A DNA stretch of 64,000 nt from the NCBI GenBank assembly GCA_964451305.1, contig CAYVHV010000012.1:8353-72352 (forward strand), written 5' to 3'. The position numbers and the translations under genes were made by a program. Shown here piece after piece: positions 63,888 through 64,000 of the stretch. The DNA is from an uncultured Acidimicrobiales bacterium (GTDB taxonomy: Bacteria > Actinomycetota > Acidimicrobiia > Acidimicrobiales > SHLQ01). The first letter of the stretch is position 1. The number at the start of each line of letters is the position of its first letter. The notes below the pieces were generated by a model. The model was not told the DNA's origin. It saw nothing but the letters and a program-made list of their open reading frames with translations, and did no database searches.

Positions 63888-64000
63888 GGCCCCACGTTAC
63901 GAGAACTGCAGTGCGGACCGTATTCACGGCGAGAACAACGTCTTCGCCGCCCTCCTCGGATCACTCCGTCGGCTTCAAAGATCTGTCCGCTGAAGATGCG

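Noticed and set aside
63023-63993. Two alternative long ORFs (63023..63838 minus, 63241..63993 plus) over the acidic lipoprotein gene
   Set aside because: These are frame and antisense shadows produced by the GAC/GGC-rich low-complexity region. Only the 62988..63887 frame has a signal peptide with lipobox.
1-64000. Search for tRNA/rRNA genes, CRISPR arrays, transposases, integrases, prophage or defence-system hallmarks (nuclease-helicase, TIR, SIR2, STAND, RT, methyltransferase pairs)
   Set aside because: None seen by eye in any frame. The only nuclease-fold candidate is the NYN protein. A proper tRNAscan, Rfam and defence-finder run would be needed to be definitive.

Overview
GC-rich, densely packed chromosomal segment of about 60 protein genes on both strands. 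A WhiB regulator, polyphosphate glucokinase, a PAC2 protein and a bL37-like mini-ORF point to Actinomycetota; the many acidic secreted proteins make a marine Acidimicrobiia-like lineage my guess (inference only). All product calls come from reading motifs in the supplied translations; no database search was run. I found no rRNA, tRNA, CRISPR array, transposase, integrase or phage gene.

Content in order:
- etfBA and a DAG-kinase-family lipid kinase, then glpQ, whiB, rsmI and ychF.
- A BMP-lipoprotein nucleoside-type ABC transporter operon ending in a PhyH-family dioxygenase.
- Several peptidases: S9A, pepN, S9 DPP-like, M15 and M50.
- Scattered nucleoside-salvage genes: add, upp and an adenosine-kinase-like PfkB gene.
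- A ppgK / flotillin / NfeD block.
- An accessory-looking stretch at about 30.7-45 kb. It holds a YceH-PEP-mutase fusion, a DsbA-like gene, a two-glycosyltransferase plus sulfotransferase operon, NYN and PilZ genes, a degenerate TauD homologue, GT2, a SUKH-like gene, an RTX-repeat secreted protein and an M15 peptidase.
- Transporters, an acyl-CoA dehydrogenase, two tandem stand-alone cNMP-binding proteins, valS, and a FabH-like KAS III.

Most notable observations:
1. A DsbA/FrnE-family gene has an in-frame TGA exactly where the first Cys of the CPWC redox motif belongs, with a hairpin 12 nt downstream. It is either a candidate selenoprotein or a nonsense-disrupted gene.
2. A TauD-family protein has both iron-binding histidines replaced (Tyr, Glu).
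3. A five-gene overlapping glycosyltransferase/sulfotransferase operon includes two unknown genes.
4. A dispersed palindromic repeat with core TTGGGGTC-N-GACCCCAA occurs three times.
5. An alpha/beta-hydrolase is split by a frameshift in an A6 run.
6. Two small ORFs fall below the ORF-track cutoff; one resembles ribosomal protein bL37.
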